Assembly (NCBI RefSeq): GCF_004010195.1
Contig: NC_057755.1
Span: 8,683,685 to 8,747,684, forward strand
Length of the DNA stretch: 64,000 nt
From: Chiloscyllium plagiosum
Taxonomy: Eukaryota
Direction: 5' to 3'
Shown here: piece by piece, positions 12,223 to 25,400 of the stretch
How the letters are laid out: the number at the start of each line of letters is the position of its first letter
Numbering within the stretch: position 1 is the stretch's first letter
Position numbers and translations under genes: made by a program
The notes under the pieces: generated by a model
What the model was told of the DNA's origin: nothing
Database searches by the model: none
The model's input: the letters and a program-made list of their open reading frames with translations, nothing else

Positions 12223-14470
12223 TATGGCGAGCCGGAAGGTCGCGGGGCCCAGCCGCACCTATGCAGGAGTAGTCGCTGCCTTAGGCTCAGCTGTTCCAAC
12301 CCCTGTCACAACTGCAACCCCCTTCAGGCACCTGACTAAACGCCTGGGGGGGAAAGGCCTATCCCCACCCCAACATGTCCATTGAGGCCTGCAGCAAGGC
12401 CATGGCTAGTGTGGTCGGCCCGGATGTACGGGAAGGCCGTCTTTTTCCTTAAGACCGAGCAGGTGGTCCACCTGGCCGTGGAGAGGGGGCTCACTGTGGG
12501 CGGGACACATTTGCCCGTCGACCCTTTTGAGGTCACGGCCCAGAGGGTCGTGATCTCCAACGTCCCGCCCTTCATTTCAAGTGAGCTCCTTCTTCCCCAA
12601 TACACCACCTTGCGGAAAGATGCGGTCAGGAGTCGAACCGCTCCTGCTTGGTCTTAAGGATCTCGCCCTCCGACACATATACTCCTTCCGCCGCCAGGTG
12701 TTTATTTGCCAGACCCGGGAGGATGTCACCGAGGGCTCTTTCACCCTCCTCCATGAGGGCACGGCCGACCGTGCCTTCTGGACAGCGGTCGGCGTGCGGT
12801 GCCACCTGTGCTGCGAGGTGGGGAACATAAGAAATAACTGCCCCACCCAGAAGGCTGCCCAACACACGCCACCGTCTACTGTGGTGCCGCCACACCCACT
12901 CCCCCTCCCCCGAAGTCAACACCACAAGCCTCGGCACCGGCGGCTAAGCCGGAGGCTTCCAATGCTCCAGCCTCTGGCAGGGAGGGGCGATGGCTTCTGT
13001 CCAGCCAGAAGTCGCTGATGAAGACGCGACACGTCAGGCCCGCCCACGGGGAGACCACCCTATCCCCTTTCCCGACACCTTGCCCACGACCTGCCCCGCC
13101 CGGGAACGACAATGCCCCTGCGGCCGTGCCAGCGTCGCCCTGGCGTGGCAACACTGACCCCCAAACACCCAAACCCGTGCCTGATCCTGGTCCTACTGAC
13201 CCCACATCCACTCCCCACCCTGATAGAGAAACCCCTGGGGCTTCAACACCTGCACCTGGCGCTGTTACACCTGGCCCGGGGGACCCTGATCCCGAGCCCC
13301 GGCCCACCCAGCCACACCCTGGCACTAACCTGGGGGGGACCACCGCTGCCCCACCTCCTGCAGCGACCGTGTCTCTGGGCCCCAGAGAGGGAACTGGGCC
13401 CCTGCCCCGCCCGCCATTACCTGATAAACCGGGGCGAGGCAGCAAGTGACACGGCTGACCCTCCCCACCCTGACCACGCCTCCTGTCTTCCCCCAGTCTA
13501 TCATATTCTGGGAAAGGCTGGGGGGAGGGACCTCGGGCCCCATGACCACCAAGGCGGGCGGGGAGCGGAAGGCCCATAAATTCCCTCCTGTCTCTCTGGG
13601 GAAGAGGCACCAGCCCTTGGAGGGGAGAGACACTCCAGCAGCACTGCCCCTCTCCAGGGGACGAGCAACGGTACCTTTCGATTGTCCCGCACCGCGGCCC
13701 GACCTACCCAAACCCCCAGGGGATACAGCATGGCCTCCTGCTGCCTCAACTCCTCCGGCCCCTGGAGAGGACTTTAACAACCACGAGGGCGGTGGTGCGG
13801 GTGACAACGGAGGACCCTCTGGTGGGTCATCGAGCGGTGGAGGGGAGGAAGGTGTTATCCTCGCTCCTCCCTCCCAGACTGTTTTTCTTGAGGTCTTGCC
13901 CCTGGGGGAGGACCTGTTCACCGAAGAGCCAGGCGTCCCAGTGTCGGGAGAGGAGCGGGCCCCGAACCTCTGCCGCCTGACAACCCGAACCCGGGACATT
14001 CCGGGAAGGCGTGCGCCCAGGATGGTACCGCCAGTGACCCTGGGGGTGGGGTCGCCGGGGGTTTGAAACCAGTTGGCGGCGCCGGACCAGCCCCCATCCT
14101 CTTGGTGGGGGTGGGGTCGGTGACTGAGGGCGACCTCCCGGAGGAGGGTTCGGGATCGATGGCGGACACCGGGGATGAGGCCGACTCTGTCTGCAGTGAC
14201 ATTTTCGAATCCCAGGTGCCCCCCACCGATCTCCCCCTCATCCCCCTTGAGCAACTTCGGGAATTTGTCGAGGAATCTCGGAGTCACCGGGATAGAGTCC
14301 AACTGGCGCTCGACCGCTGGAGCTCCTTTGAAAGAGTTTACTGGTCGGCCCACGCTGCTCGCCAGGCGCCTGGCTCGATGTCAATGAGTGAAAGCGAGTC
14401 AGGAACTTCCTGGGGGCACTCCTGGTGAGGGCGAGGGACTTCTGTGCCCCTCCCTGTAAATGTGTAGATA
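12223..14470 (+). pseudogene. Tx1 ORF1 (gag-like, zinc knuckle, Pro-rich), frameshifted
   Basis: MASRKVAGPSRTYA start; ARMYGKAVFFLKTE, VVISNVPPFI, LRHIYSFRRQV; degenerate knuckle CHLCCEVGNIRNNC; split across several frames. Confidence 0.8.
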
Positions 14471-14520
14471 GGTTTTTAACTATACTGGTGGTGGTTGCAC
14501 AACGCTTCCGACATGGAGAC

Positions 14521-14541
14521 NNNNNNNNNNNNNNNNNNNNN
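14521..14541. other. Assembly gap (21 N) with overlapping flanks
   Basis: 14433-14520 is repeated almost exactly at 14542-14639. Confidence 0.95.
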
Positions 14542-14631
14542 GAGGGACTTCTGTGCCCCTCCCTCGTCCTCCCTGTAAATGTGTAGGTAGGTTTTTAACT
14601 GCACTGGTGGTGGTTGCACAACGCTTCCGAC

Positions 14632-17600
14632 ATGGAGACAACGATAGCCAGCCTCAAATCAACGGCAGCAGGGAGTCACAGCGCAGATTCCAGGCCCTCT
14701 CGGTCCTCTGGGATGGGAGGTATGCGGTGTGCTTCCTGCAAGAAACCCACACCACCCCGGGAGACGAAGCCACCTGGCTCCTGGAGTGGCGAGGGGGGGG
14801 GGGGGGGTCTACATGAGTCACCTCACCCACAGATCTGGCGGGGTGGCTATCCTGTTGGCCCTGCATTTTCAGCCAGAGATCTTGGGGGTCAGGGAGCCCG
14901 TGCCAGACCGTTTGCTTCACCTGACGGTTCGGCTGGGGAGCGCGGTGATTCACTTGGTGAACGTCTACACTGCCCTGGCCGGGCTGAGGCAAGCGAGCTT
15001 CTTTGAAGAAGTATCCACTCATCTTGCTTCCATCGACGAGGACCAGTGCGTTGTCTTTGGGGGAGATTTTAACTGTGTCCTTGAGGGCAGGGACCACGGC
15101 GGTGCCCGCACTGGCTGGGCGTCGGGGAGGAGGTTGGGGGACTTGGTCAAGTCCTTCGACCTGGTGGACGTCTGGCGGAATCTCCATCCCGACTCCATCG
15201 CCTTCACCTTGGTAAGACCTGGGGTCAGAGCGTCTAGAATCGACCGCCTGTACATTTCGCGGGCGTACGCCTCCTGTTTTCTGAAGGCCTCCACGCAGCA
15301 GGTGTCGTGCTCGGACCATCACCTGGTGTGAGCGGAACTCCTTGTGTTCGGCGCCAGGCTCGGCTCCGTGTACTGGCACTTTAACAACCTGCTGCTGAAT
15401 GACGAGTGGTTCCGGGATTCGTTTCGTCATTTCTGGGCCGGCTGGAGAAGGAAGCGGGGAAGCTTCCCCTCCCTGAGGCTATGGTGGGAAGTGGGCAAGG
15501 CTCACGTCCACGTCTTCTGTCAGGAATACGCGAGGGGGTTGACGAAGAGGCGGAAATCCAGGATCGTGGAGTTGGTGAGGGAGATGCTCGACCTGGAGTC
15601 ACGCCTCAGTCAGCCCGACGCGGACTCGGCCCTGCGTGGGGTGTACGAAGAGAAGAAGGCCACGCTCTGGGACCTGCAGCTCGTCGGGGCTCAGGGCGCG
15701 TACGTGAGGTCGCGGATCCAGCTCCTCCAGGACCCGGACCACGGCTCCCCCTTCTTCTACTCGCTGGAAAAAAGGCGTGGCACCCGTCAGCAGTTCCTTG
15801 TGCTGCTGGCCGACGACGGGTCCCTCGTCTCGGATCCGGAGGGCATCAGGGCCCACGTCCGAAACTATTACACGGTTCTGTTATCTCCGGATCCGTCCAG
15901 CGAGGATGCTCGCAAAGTTCTGTGGGAGGACCTGCCACAGCTCAGCCCGGAGGACGCTGTAAGGTTCGACGCTCCCGTCACTTTAGAGGAGCTGACCGGC
16001 GCCCTCGACGGCTCTCGAGGGGCAAGTCCCCGGGGCTGGACGGGCTGACTGTGGAGTTCTTCAGGGCGTTCTGGGGCGTCCTGGGGAGCGACTACGCACA
16101 GGTCCTGTCTAAATGCCGGAGAGCTGCCCCTTTCTTGGCGCAGGGCGGTCATCGTCCTGCTGCCAAAGAAGGGGGACCTTCGTTCCTTGAAGAGCTGGTG
16201 TCCAGTCTCCCTCCTCAGCAACAGGACTATAAAATCTTCGCCAGGGTGTTGTCTTCTCGCCTGGCTTCCGTGCTGGCCCACATGATTCACCCAGACCAGT
16301 CCTACACGGTCCCGGGCCAGAGGATACACGTCAACGTCCACCTGGTCCGGGACCTGATCCATTTCTGTCGATTGGGTTGGTCTGCCGAGCGCCTTCCTGT
16401 CTCTTGACCAGGAGAAGGCATTCGACAGGGTCGATCATAAGTACCTGCTCGGGACTGTGCGGGCATTCGGGTACGGGACGTAGTTTCTCGCCCGATTCCG
16501 ACTTTTGTACGCCGCCGCAGAGTGTCTGGTTAAAGTTAACGGGTCCTTGACGGCGCCCCTTCGCTTCGGGAGAGGAGTGCGTCAAGGCTGCCCCCCTGTC
16601 CCGCCAGCTGTATTCCCTGTGCATAGAGCCTTTCCTGCGCCTCTTGTGGAGGAGGTTGTCAGGGCTGGTTCTGCGCGGCGCGGGCACGGGGGTGGCCTCT
16701 CGGCCTACGCCAACGACGCGCTCCTCACTTTCACCGACCCAGCTGACCTGGGGTGGATGCGCGAGTGCCAGGCCGTGTATTCGGCAGCGTCCTCCGCCAG
16801 GATCAATTGGGCCAAATGTTCCGGACTACTGGTCGGTCCGTGGCGGGTGTACTCTCTGCTGGAGGAGTTACGGGGGTTCAGCTGGAGTACCACCCATCTC
16901 TCTACCTGGGGGTCGACCTCAGCCCGGCCAAGGAATCCTGGCCGGCCAACTGGCAGGAGCTGGAGGCCAAAGTCTCAGCTCGCCTAGGCCGCTGGACAGG
17001 ACTGCTCCGAGTGCTATCTTACAGGAGTCGAGTGCAGGTCATAAACCAGCTGGTGGCCGCCATGCTGTGGTACCGGCTGGTCACTTTGGTCCCTCCTCCT
17101 GGCTTTGTCGCTGACATCCAGAGAACGTTGGTCGACTTCTTCTGGGACAAAAAGATTCACTGGGTCGCTGCGCAGGTTCTGAGTCTCCCTATTGAGGAGG
17201 GCAGTCAGTCGCTGGTGCGCGTCCGCAGCCATGTCGCGACATTCCGCCTTCAGACCTTGCAGTGATACCTTTACGTCGAGCCTCCTCATAGGTGGTGCGC
17301 CCTGGCAACGTATTTTTTCCGCCAGGTGCGAAGCCTCAGCTGCTGTTCATCGACCGTGACGGTTTTGAGGTCGCGCTCAAGACGCTGCCTGTCTTTTACC
17401 AGGACCTGATCACTGTCTGGAACATGGTCGAATCGTGCCGCGCCTACCCTCCGGCAGGAGTAGCGCCTGTTGTCAGGGAGCCATTGCTCAGGAATCCGCA
17501 CCTCCATACTCGCGGTTCGAGTGGCTGTCAGAGGAGAGGGCCGTGGCGGCGAGGGTGACCAGGGTCGGGGACGTGCTGCGTGCCAGGGGCTGGGCTGGAC

Positions 17601-18510
17601 GCTACCGCAGGACATAACGAGCAGGGCAGCGGTAGATATCCGGTACTTGGCCACCGCCATCCGACGCCTTAAAACGGCGGTCCTCGTACCCGACGTAGTG
17701 CACCAGTTGGAGGACGCTCAGGTGTGCAGTGGGATCCCGTCCGTGCTCACCCCAGCCCGGACGGAATTTCACATTGGCCCCAAGGTCCCGTACTTCCCGC
17801 GGAAGCCTGTGCCCCACAACCTGAGCCGTCTCCGGAATTTTAATTTTGTTCCCTTTCAGGAGGTAGAAAGGAGGGCTCTGTATAGAGCTGCTGCACACCG
17901 TCCACCTCTTCTCCCTCATCCACCGTCCGGACACGCCTTGGCGTGCCCAATTGCCACCGGGCGGTGGGGATCCCCAGTGGAGGGCTCTCTACGTGGGTGT
18001 CCCCCACCTTTCTCTCAGGGATCTGGGGTGGAGGGTGCTGCACGCAGCAGTCCCCTGCAACCGCAGGTTGCAGTGGTTCACGGACTCCCAACCCAACTGC
18101 TTGTTCTGTGGCGCTGTAGAGTCCGTGGATCACGTGTATATTGGGTGTGGGCGTTTGCACTTCCTTTTTGATTTTCTGAAAAACCTCCTCCTCTGCTTTT
18201 GGTTGCACTTCAGCCCACGCTCCTGATCTTTGGGCACCCGGTACGGAGGAAGAAGGGCAGGTCTGAAGATCTCCTCGTGGGTCTGCTCCTGGGCCTGGCC
18301 AAACTGGCCAGTAACAGGTCCAGGCAGCGAGCCGTGAAGGGGGTCGTTAGGGCCGACTGCCTGCCCCTCTTCCGCGGTTATGTTAGAGCCCGGGTGTCCT
18401 TGGAGAAAGAGCATACGTTGTCGACGAACACCCTGGAATTGTTCAGGGAGAGGTGGGCGCCACAGGGAGTGGACTGCATTGTTTCTCCCTCCAACTCTAT
18501 TTTGATTTAG
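14632..18510 (+). pseudogene. Tx1 ORF2 (APE endonuclease, reverse transcriptase, CCHC), with stops and frameshifts
   Basis: FLQETH, GGDFNC, SRIDRLY, SDHHLV (endonuclease); KSPGLDGLTVEFF, GVRQGCP, SAYAND (RT); CLFCGAVESVDHVYIGC. Confidence 0.9.
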
Positions 18511-18770
18511 ACCCTACCCTCCCCTTCACGGTTTTGATCACACAGCACTGCCCTTTGATATGAAGGGCAGTGTTTGTCACTGGCCATCCGGGCGTTTTCC
18601 TATCTTCCTGGTGGTGGAATTTGAATAAAGATTCGTGCACTTTGTGTCTTTCACTGTGTCTCACACCTGCACACATACACCATGGGTGCTGGGGAAAAAA
18701 TAAGCATTACCGCAACTATGTGAAAAAAAAGAAAAAAAAAGAAAAAAGAAAAAAAGAAAAGAAAAAGAAA

Positions 18771-18950
18771 AAGGTTCTTGCATAATGCGTTATTTTTTAT
18801 GGAATCTGAATACACACACACACACCCACACACACCCCGCCAAAACTATGGGGGAAATATCAGTGCTGCTGATGTGCAGCGGTCAAGTAAGAGATAAAGT
18901 AATGAAAGGAGAGAAGGGAAACAAAGAAGAGAAGGGAAACAAAGAAAAGA
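18771..18950 (+). mobile_element. 3' part of an older Tx1 3' UTR (its 5' part lies at 11229-11283) into which the full-length Tx1 inserted
   Basis: 11229-11283 matches Tx1 3' UTR 18552-18606; 18771-18950 aligns with the old Tx1 tails at 3800-3957 and 34500-34653. Confidence 0.7.
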
Positions 18951-20034
18951 ACAGAAGGGCCTCCTCACTCCCAGCACTGGCTTTGAGCTGGCTGGTTTGA
19001 GCCCGTGTACTGTGTGCTTGGTAATAAAGGCTGACTAGGTGAAGGTATACCGCCCTCTGCGCATTTATTTCAGTTAAATAACAGTATTCCATTGTTATGA
19101 ATGAGAATTCATTGAAGACCTGAACTGGAATAAAAGAGAAAAGTCGTTTGTGTATTGGCAGATTGATTCCCAGAGTGTCAGAAGGGATGATGCTAAATCC
19201 ACAATTATTTTAGTAAGTTACTTGAGCACAAGTTACCAGGTCATATGATTTGCTTTGCGCAATGGTGCAGGCATTGGGGCTGTGCCGACATTGATCGCTC
19301 ATCCCTAGTTGCCCCTTGAAGTTGGCGCAGTGTTGCATCTTATCCACATGTTGGTAGGCTGACCCACAACGCCCTGAGAGAGGGAATTCCAGGATATTGA
19401 CCGAATGACAGTGAAGCAATAGGGATTTATTTGCTGTCGAGATTGTGAGTGATTTGGAGGGGAACGTGCAAAGGGTGCTGTTCCCATGTATATGCTGAAC
19501 TTGACTGGATGGAAGTAGTCGCGTTTTGGAAGGTGTTGTCTCAAGGTCTTTGGTGAATTTCTGCAGTGCATCTTGAAGAGTTGTTATTGAGCAGCAGTGT
19601 TATTGAGCAGCAGTGGGGGAGGGCTGGACTTTTGTGAATGTAGATACAATCAAGTGGGTTGCTTTTTCCTGGATGGTGTAAATAATTTTCTTTATAATTA
19701 GCGTCAATACTCAGTAATTCTTTAACAGTGAACGTTGGTGCTGACTCTCATTGTTCAGGGAGCTGCTTTGATCTGCTGAGGCCAGTGACCATCCAGTGTG
19801 CATTGAAATTAATATGCCCTGAAATGAACACGGAAAAGTAACATCAAGCGTCACAGTGTAAGACAGGAACTGAAATCTAAGCTTGTGTTTTGTAACAGCT
19901 TAAACAAATCAAAATGTTCACCCAAAGAAGGAGTTTCATGAATGTTGACAATGTGGTAGTTTCAATGATGGATAGTGCGATGAGAACAACTGAACAAGTT
20001 GTGTTTTGGAAACAAGGACAGAGTCTGAACGTGG

Positions 20035-20225
20035 GTCGAAAGTGTGAAGCTGGAAAAACAGAGCAGGTCACACAGTATCCGAGGAGCAAGTGAACATTCC
20101 TAATGAAGGACTGATGCCTGAAACGTGGACTCTCCTGCTCGTCGAATGCTGCCTGAGCTGTGGTGCTTTTGTCGCACCACATTCTCGACTCTGATCTCCA
20201 GCATCTGCACTCGTCACTTTCTCTT
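20035..20225 (+). mobile_element. Degenerate Penelope terminal fragment with 5' inversion
   Basis: GCTGGAAAA..GCAGGTCA inverted part followed by GAAACGTG..GATCTCCAGCATCTGCA..CACTTTCTC; absent from the paralogous units. Confidence 0.7.
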
Positions 20226-20757
20226 CCGGAGTGAATGCGAATTGTGGAAAAGAGCTTTGAATATTACATATTCTCATCCAAAATGTGAATAATGCCAGAA
20301 GATTCTAATTGCAAAATGACCGCAGTTTAGAAGATTTTATGTTTAATCTTTGCATTTCGTTGCTGTGGTTGTCAGTCATTGAACAAATTCACACAAGGGT
20401 GCCACTGAAATTTCAGCTCAAGAACGCAAACTTATTGATGACGGAAAGCAAAGCTTTAAATACATTAGAAATTGGACAAATTCTTCACATGATATACAAA
20501 ACCAAAAACTCAACCTTTTGACCAGCAATGTCCTTGGCAGATACTCTATTATCAAGAAATATTCTAAATGCAACCTGTTAACTGTTTGCACAACTGATCA
20601 TTTCCAATTCTCGTGGCCAAAAATCGTCTTTCCAATTCTGAGGACGTGGACTTCTTTCCAGTTAATGCAGCCAGGGAAATTCCACAAGTTTGTTCAACCT
20701 GGAGATCCAGTTAGAAGACTGGAAATCCAGCTTCAAATATAGGTCAGGCTGAGATGC

Positions 20758-21662
20758 TTATTTGCACAATTTAATAATTCGAGTAAATGGATATTTTACA
20801 CCATTGATTAATTCCTCTCTGAATTTAGTTTGTGTTAAGGCGTAAATGCAAGTGTTGGTGCACGAACTCAGAAGCCGTAGCATAAACCCAGTTTCTTGAA
20901 AGACAAATATTGGATTATTCAATGCCTTGTCTTTATAGTTATAGTTTATTATTTGCCAGTTGAAAGAGTGTATGACATATGTCATCCATAACAGTATAAA
21001 ATTAGCAGACAAGGCAAACAGCAAAGTGATGGATTTTCTCCTGTTTACCACCTCAGGGTCAGTATTATTGTGTCCAGTTCCGTGGACCTGGAGACGATAG
21101 CGGATACGGTTAGCTGTTATAATGTGCCTGACAGTCAGAGCATTGAATATCAAAATCAATACAATTGGAAGCAATGGTGTAATTATACTGTCAATCCATT
21201 CATACACATTCCAGAATAAAGATGTATAATAGGCTGACTTTATGATGCAAAACCATGGTACGTTGTCAATAACAAACGAAGGAATAAATGCAAAATACCA
21301 AGCAATTGATTGCAAACAGCTGACCACACTCACAGTTACTATAACCACAAACGCAGTTTTTGTATTGCAATATCTTGTTCTTAGTTTCTGGCAACAAATT
21401 GCTACAAACCGATCAAACGTGAATGCGACTGTGAACCAAACTGAACAGTCTAGGGCTGCAAGGAACACAGCAAGTCTCAAGGCACACACAGGAGTGATGA
21501 ATAAGAAAGTGACTGGGAAATAAAGGTTGTTAATTCGGTGCAGTAAGACATTAAGGATGACGAGAAGTAGATCTGTTGTAGACATTGCCAACAAATACCG
21601 AGTGATGCACTTGGAGAGCCCACAATTGCCTCGATTCAGAATCACGATTCCTACTAAATTAA
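20758..21662 (-). CDS. GPR139/GPR142-like orphan class A GPCR, exon 2 (intact gene, 324 aa in total)
   Basis: Open frame from late TM1 to TM7 (NLVGIVIL, YLLAMSTTDLL, AFTFDRFVAICC, RRKSITLLF, LSSCTNTCIY); acceptor TTTTTCTTTCAG ends at 21663; TAA at 20758-20760. Confidence 0.92.
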
Positions 21663-23556
21663 CTGAAAGAAAAATCAACAAGTGCACATTTCTTCACGAT
21701 TAGCGTCACAGCAAAAGCATCAGCATAATATGTCTGCTAAATCAGACCAATTGCCTCAGATTAATATGTTAACTCAATTGCACGATGCATAGTGAAAAGT
21801 TTACAATGCAATTACAGACTCAAGCAAACCAGAATGAAATAAAGGCACGTTGCGAACAAATGGACAAGCAGAGTAAATCAACAAATAATTGAGAATACGA
21901 ACCATAAGAAATGAAATATTTTAATGCAAGTAGGTCATGCTAACAGATTTACTGAAATGTTTAGCAGATTTTTCATGTTTGCTAAACTGGTAAGGGAAGA
22001 AAAAATAAATAAAATGGTAATACGGGCAAGGTATTTTGCATCAATGAACTTGATCAGGAACTGAGTACATGAGCAATCACAACAATGTATATTTTATGAA
22101 GTGAAACTGTGATGGTTGAATATGAGGGCTGAGTTGTTGGAGTGAGGTGTCACTGAATTGGATCTCATGCTTTCTCATGTATGCAAGTCACACATCTGTA
22201 GGGGTTGTTAATGAGGTGAGGTAGACCTCAGAGATAGGTAGGCATAGGAGCATATGAGAATCATTAGGGAACATGGTGAATATGGTACTTTACCAGAACA
22301 GTAACACTGTAATTGAAAGGTTTGATTAGAGCCTGCATGATTGGAATCACATCCACAAAAGTATCCATTTCATCTAACACCAAAACCCAGTGCCAGCAGT
22401 GTGTAAAATCGTCAACATTCACAGCAGAAATTCACCAATGATTAACAGACAGCAATAGCCAAACTCACAAACACTTCCATACAGAAGGGCAGAGTGCCTG
22501 ATACATGGTAGTATCTCCCCTTGCAAATTCCTCGAAGACACTCACTATTCTGACTTGGAAATACATCACTCTTCCTTCACTGTCCCTGAGTCACAATCGT
22601 GGAGCTCTCTGCCCGAGGGCATTGTGGGTAAACCCACAGCAGGCAGACTGAAGCAGCTGAAGTTAGTGCCACCATCTTCTCAAGAGGCAACAAGGGATGG
22701 GCAATACAGACTGCTCTGCAAGCCCAAATCCCACACATGAATGAAAAGGATTAGTCAGAATTCAAAATTCATTTGAATATATCAGTTAGTGTTCAGATCA
22801 CCTGTGTCTGCAAGGTTAATTTTGTAGACTGGTGTGAACAGTGGTGTTGGGGAAGAATGACTCAGCACCCGGAGGGTTTATTGTGTTACACCAGAGGGAG
22901 GAAACGTCTGGAGTTCAAAAAGTTTCTTCACTGAACAAATGAAATGCGTAAATGTTTATACATTCATTTCATCTCACCATTATAGAACAATCATGTTATT
23001 AATTTCGTACATACACACTCAATACAATTAGTCACGTGGTTGTAAGGTCAGTGATGGACAGCGTTGTAGGCAGTCCTTGGTCTTCTATGAAGACATGATG
23101 TTTCCCAGACGCTCATATCTCTATCCTTGGAGCCTTCTCAGTGCGTGTAGTAAATAACCACATTTCAATACTGCTGACGTCTGCACCTGTATTTCAATCG
23201 GATCTGAAAGAGTGTGGGTGCTCTCCCTTATGGTCCAGAGGATTTGGCATCTCTTTAATGCCTATTAAATTTTTACGCTTATGTGCATATCGATTCAAAT
23301 TCGTAACTGATTCATCACATGTAACTGTGAACATCTGGACATCTCAACTAATTGAATCTATTTGCACTGGCTGTCAGTCTTTACAGCAGCTGAATATGGA
23401 ATTGTCCTTATCCAGCTGTTTCTGCGTCAACTGCAGCTGCATGCCTCTAACAGGATCCTTTGTTTCTTATCTTAATCTGTCACCTTGGATGTAATCTCTC
23501 TGCAAAGCTACAACTGTACTAACTCATGCACTAACATAATGCAACACCAAACAAGT

Positions 23557-24478
23557 GTCATGAAGTTGAAGACACTTTGTACCTTTAAAAGAGAGGGAAT
23601 TCTGAACTCAACTGATAGATTACAAGCAACTATGCATATGATCAGATGGTAGCTCCAGAGTGTCCTGGAAATTTGAAAGTATGTAATGTTGGCTGTGAAA
23701 TGAATAGGAGAATCGACGTTTCGGGCATGAGCCCTTCTTCAGGAATCAGGGCTCATGGCCGAAACGTCGATTCTCCTGCTCCTTGGATGCTGCCTGACCT
23801 GCTGCGCTTTTCCAGCAACACATTTTCAGCTCTGATCTCCAGTATCTGCAGTCCTCACTTTCTCCTGTGAAATGAATACCCGAGATTTGGTTCATGTTTT
23901 CAGATCAATTCAAATTTAACCAATCGTTTTAAATTATGCTCCTGCATACTAAAATTCAATTGAGTTTAAATTTAAAGTTTTGCCAACACTGAACCAGTGA
24001 GGCGATCCATTGTTGACGTGATGTAAAAATGCAGACATGTTGAAAATTGGTCAGAGAACAACTGCCACACAGAGAAACTACTGGCGAGCTAATTACCCAT
24101 CTAACATCTTGCTCTCAAAATAATTAGAACACGCTCTCTTTCAATGGTACGTTGAACATCAGCTGGAAGAGTGAAGGCACAGAAGAGGACAGAGTTTGTA
24201 TGCTTTTGAAATTAAGTTTAGGTAAGTTTAATAAGTATCCTATTGGAACAGCATATTGTTATAGAGTTGGAGACAGGTAGAAACCTGTTAAGAGAAAGGA
24301 GGGCTTAGACTTGTGAATAGTTTTTTTAATGTTCATTTTCGAGGTTATTTTCTTTAAATAATGGGATTTGGGAGTTTTCGATCACCCATACTGAAACATA
24401 TTACTCGGCAAGTCGATCTGTCCTGTGTGATTGGTTGAAATTTCGACCTCAGCGGGTTTCGACCTCAGTGTCGTAACA
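23557..24478 (+). mobile_element. Probable solo LTR in the GPCR intron (paralogue ~40135-40899)
   Basis: TGTCATG...GTAACA termini; CCAAT/TATA-like internal motifs; shared by two units. Confidence 0.5.
23704..23866 (+). mobile_element. Penelope terminal fragment with short inverted duplication
   Basis: AGGAGAATCGACGTTTCGG..CATGAGCCC / GGGCTCATG..CCGAAACGTCGATTCTCCT inverted pair; flanked by the repeat CTGTGAAATGAATA. Confidence 0.85.
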
Positions 24479-24519
24479 CAATCTATATCTTAATCAACTG
24501 AAAACCACTTTAGACTATC

Positions 24520-24735
24520 TTTATGGCGATGGGAACGGGGTAAGCCAGGGAGCTCTTGAAGAATATGAGATCCCTGATTGAGGCTGTTGACGTTGTCCAA
24601 TCGGGGAGCCCCGTCTGACAAATTTAAACAGGAGGGTGAAGATTTCTGTTCACTCTGAGACCTGGCTCCGAGGAAATCAGATCATGCGATATCTGATGCA
24701 CTTGTAAATAATGGTGAATTAGTGATGGGTCCATG
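24520..24735 (+). mobile_element. Gypsy LTR-family copy in the intron (empty site TTTAAACAGGAGGGT)
   Basis: Aligns to 593-809. Confidence 0.65.
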
Positions 24736-24804
24736 ATTCAATTGCTGGTGTTCTTTAAACTGCTTCCTGATGTCAAACATCTTAATTTTTACGTTGCTTT
24801 TCAA

Positions 24805-25200
24805 TCATAGAGTCACACTGCAGAGTAATAGCAACTTCAGTCCAATTTAGCTATGGCAACTAGGTTTCCCAAATTAAAGTAGTCCCATTTTACTGCGCAT
24901 TGCTGTTTTCTCTCTAAACCTTTCCTGCCCGTCTACCTTCACAAATATATTTTAAATATTGAAACTGTTCCTGCGTCTACCACGTTCCCTGGCAGTTCAT
25001 CTCACATACGAACCAATCTCTGTGCGAAAACCCTGCCCTTAGGTGTCTTTTAAAACGTTCTCCCTTCGCTTTAAAATTATGGTTTCCCATTTTGAGTCCC
25101 CTCTGCCCACGTGAGAGAAAAATACTTTTATTATTCGCCATTCCCTTTGCACACAGGATTTTGTAAACACTTTCAGGTTACCACTCAGTCTCTGACACTG
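24805..25200 (-). mobile_element. Old CR1 3' fragment (paralogue and extension at 41800-42690)
   Basis: Reverse complement of the CR1 ORF2 C-terminal and 3' UTR sequence. Confidence 0.6.
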
Positions 25201-25400
25201 GAGTCAAAAGGCCAGAACGCCATCCAGTCAGGGGTGTGAGGGAATAGTCTCCACTTGCCTGAATGGGTGAAGCTCTAACAACACTAAGGAAGCTCAACAC
25301 CATCCAGGACCATGGAATATTCTGAAGAAGATTCATGCCAGATTTGAAAAACTTAACTTTTGTTTATCTATCAATAGAAACTGAAAGAAACTGAAACTGA

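Larger units (their letters stand above)
11284..18770 (+). mobile_element. Full-length Tx1-clade non-LTR retrotransposon (5' UTR, ORF1, ORF2, 3' UTR, A-rich tail), inactivated
   Basis: Gag-like ORF1, APE endonuclease plus RT ORF2, C-terminal CCHC, A-rich tail at 18723-18772. Confidence 0.92.
9393..19072 (+). mobile_element. Gypsy LTR split by about 9.3 kb of stacked insertions (5' half 9393-9605, 3' half ~18950-19072)
   Basis: The 5' half aligns to LTR starts at 3444 and 34114 up to ATATCAACCGGGGGT; the 3' half CTCACTCCCAGCACTGGCTTTGAG...AATAAAGG...TTTCA aligns to 3970-4080. Confidence 0.7.

Noticed and set aside
11565..14353. Many long Pro/Cys/Gly-rich overlapping ORFs, including the 342-aa antisense ORF
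   Set aside because: Expected by-products of GC-rich Tx1 UTR/ORF1 sequence; no independent domain signal.
14433..14640. Direct repeat of the Tx1 ORF1/ORF2 junction
   Set aside because: It flanks an N gap, so it is most likely an unmerged contig overlap.
21663..21687. ORF-track N-terminus MHLLIFLSV of the GPCR
   Set aside because: It is the intronic polypyrimidine tract and acceptor with a non-ATG start; the real start is in exon 1 at 27573.
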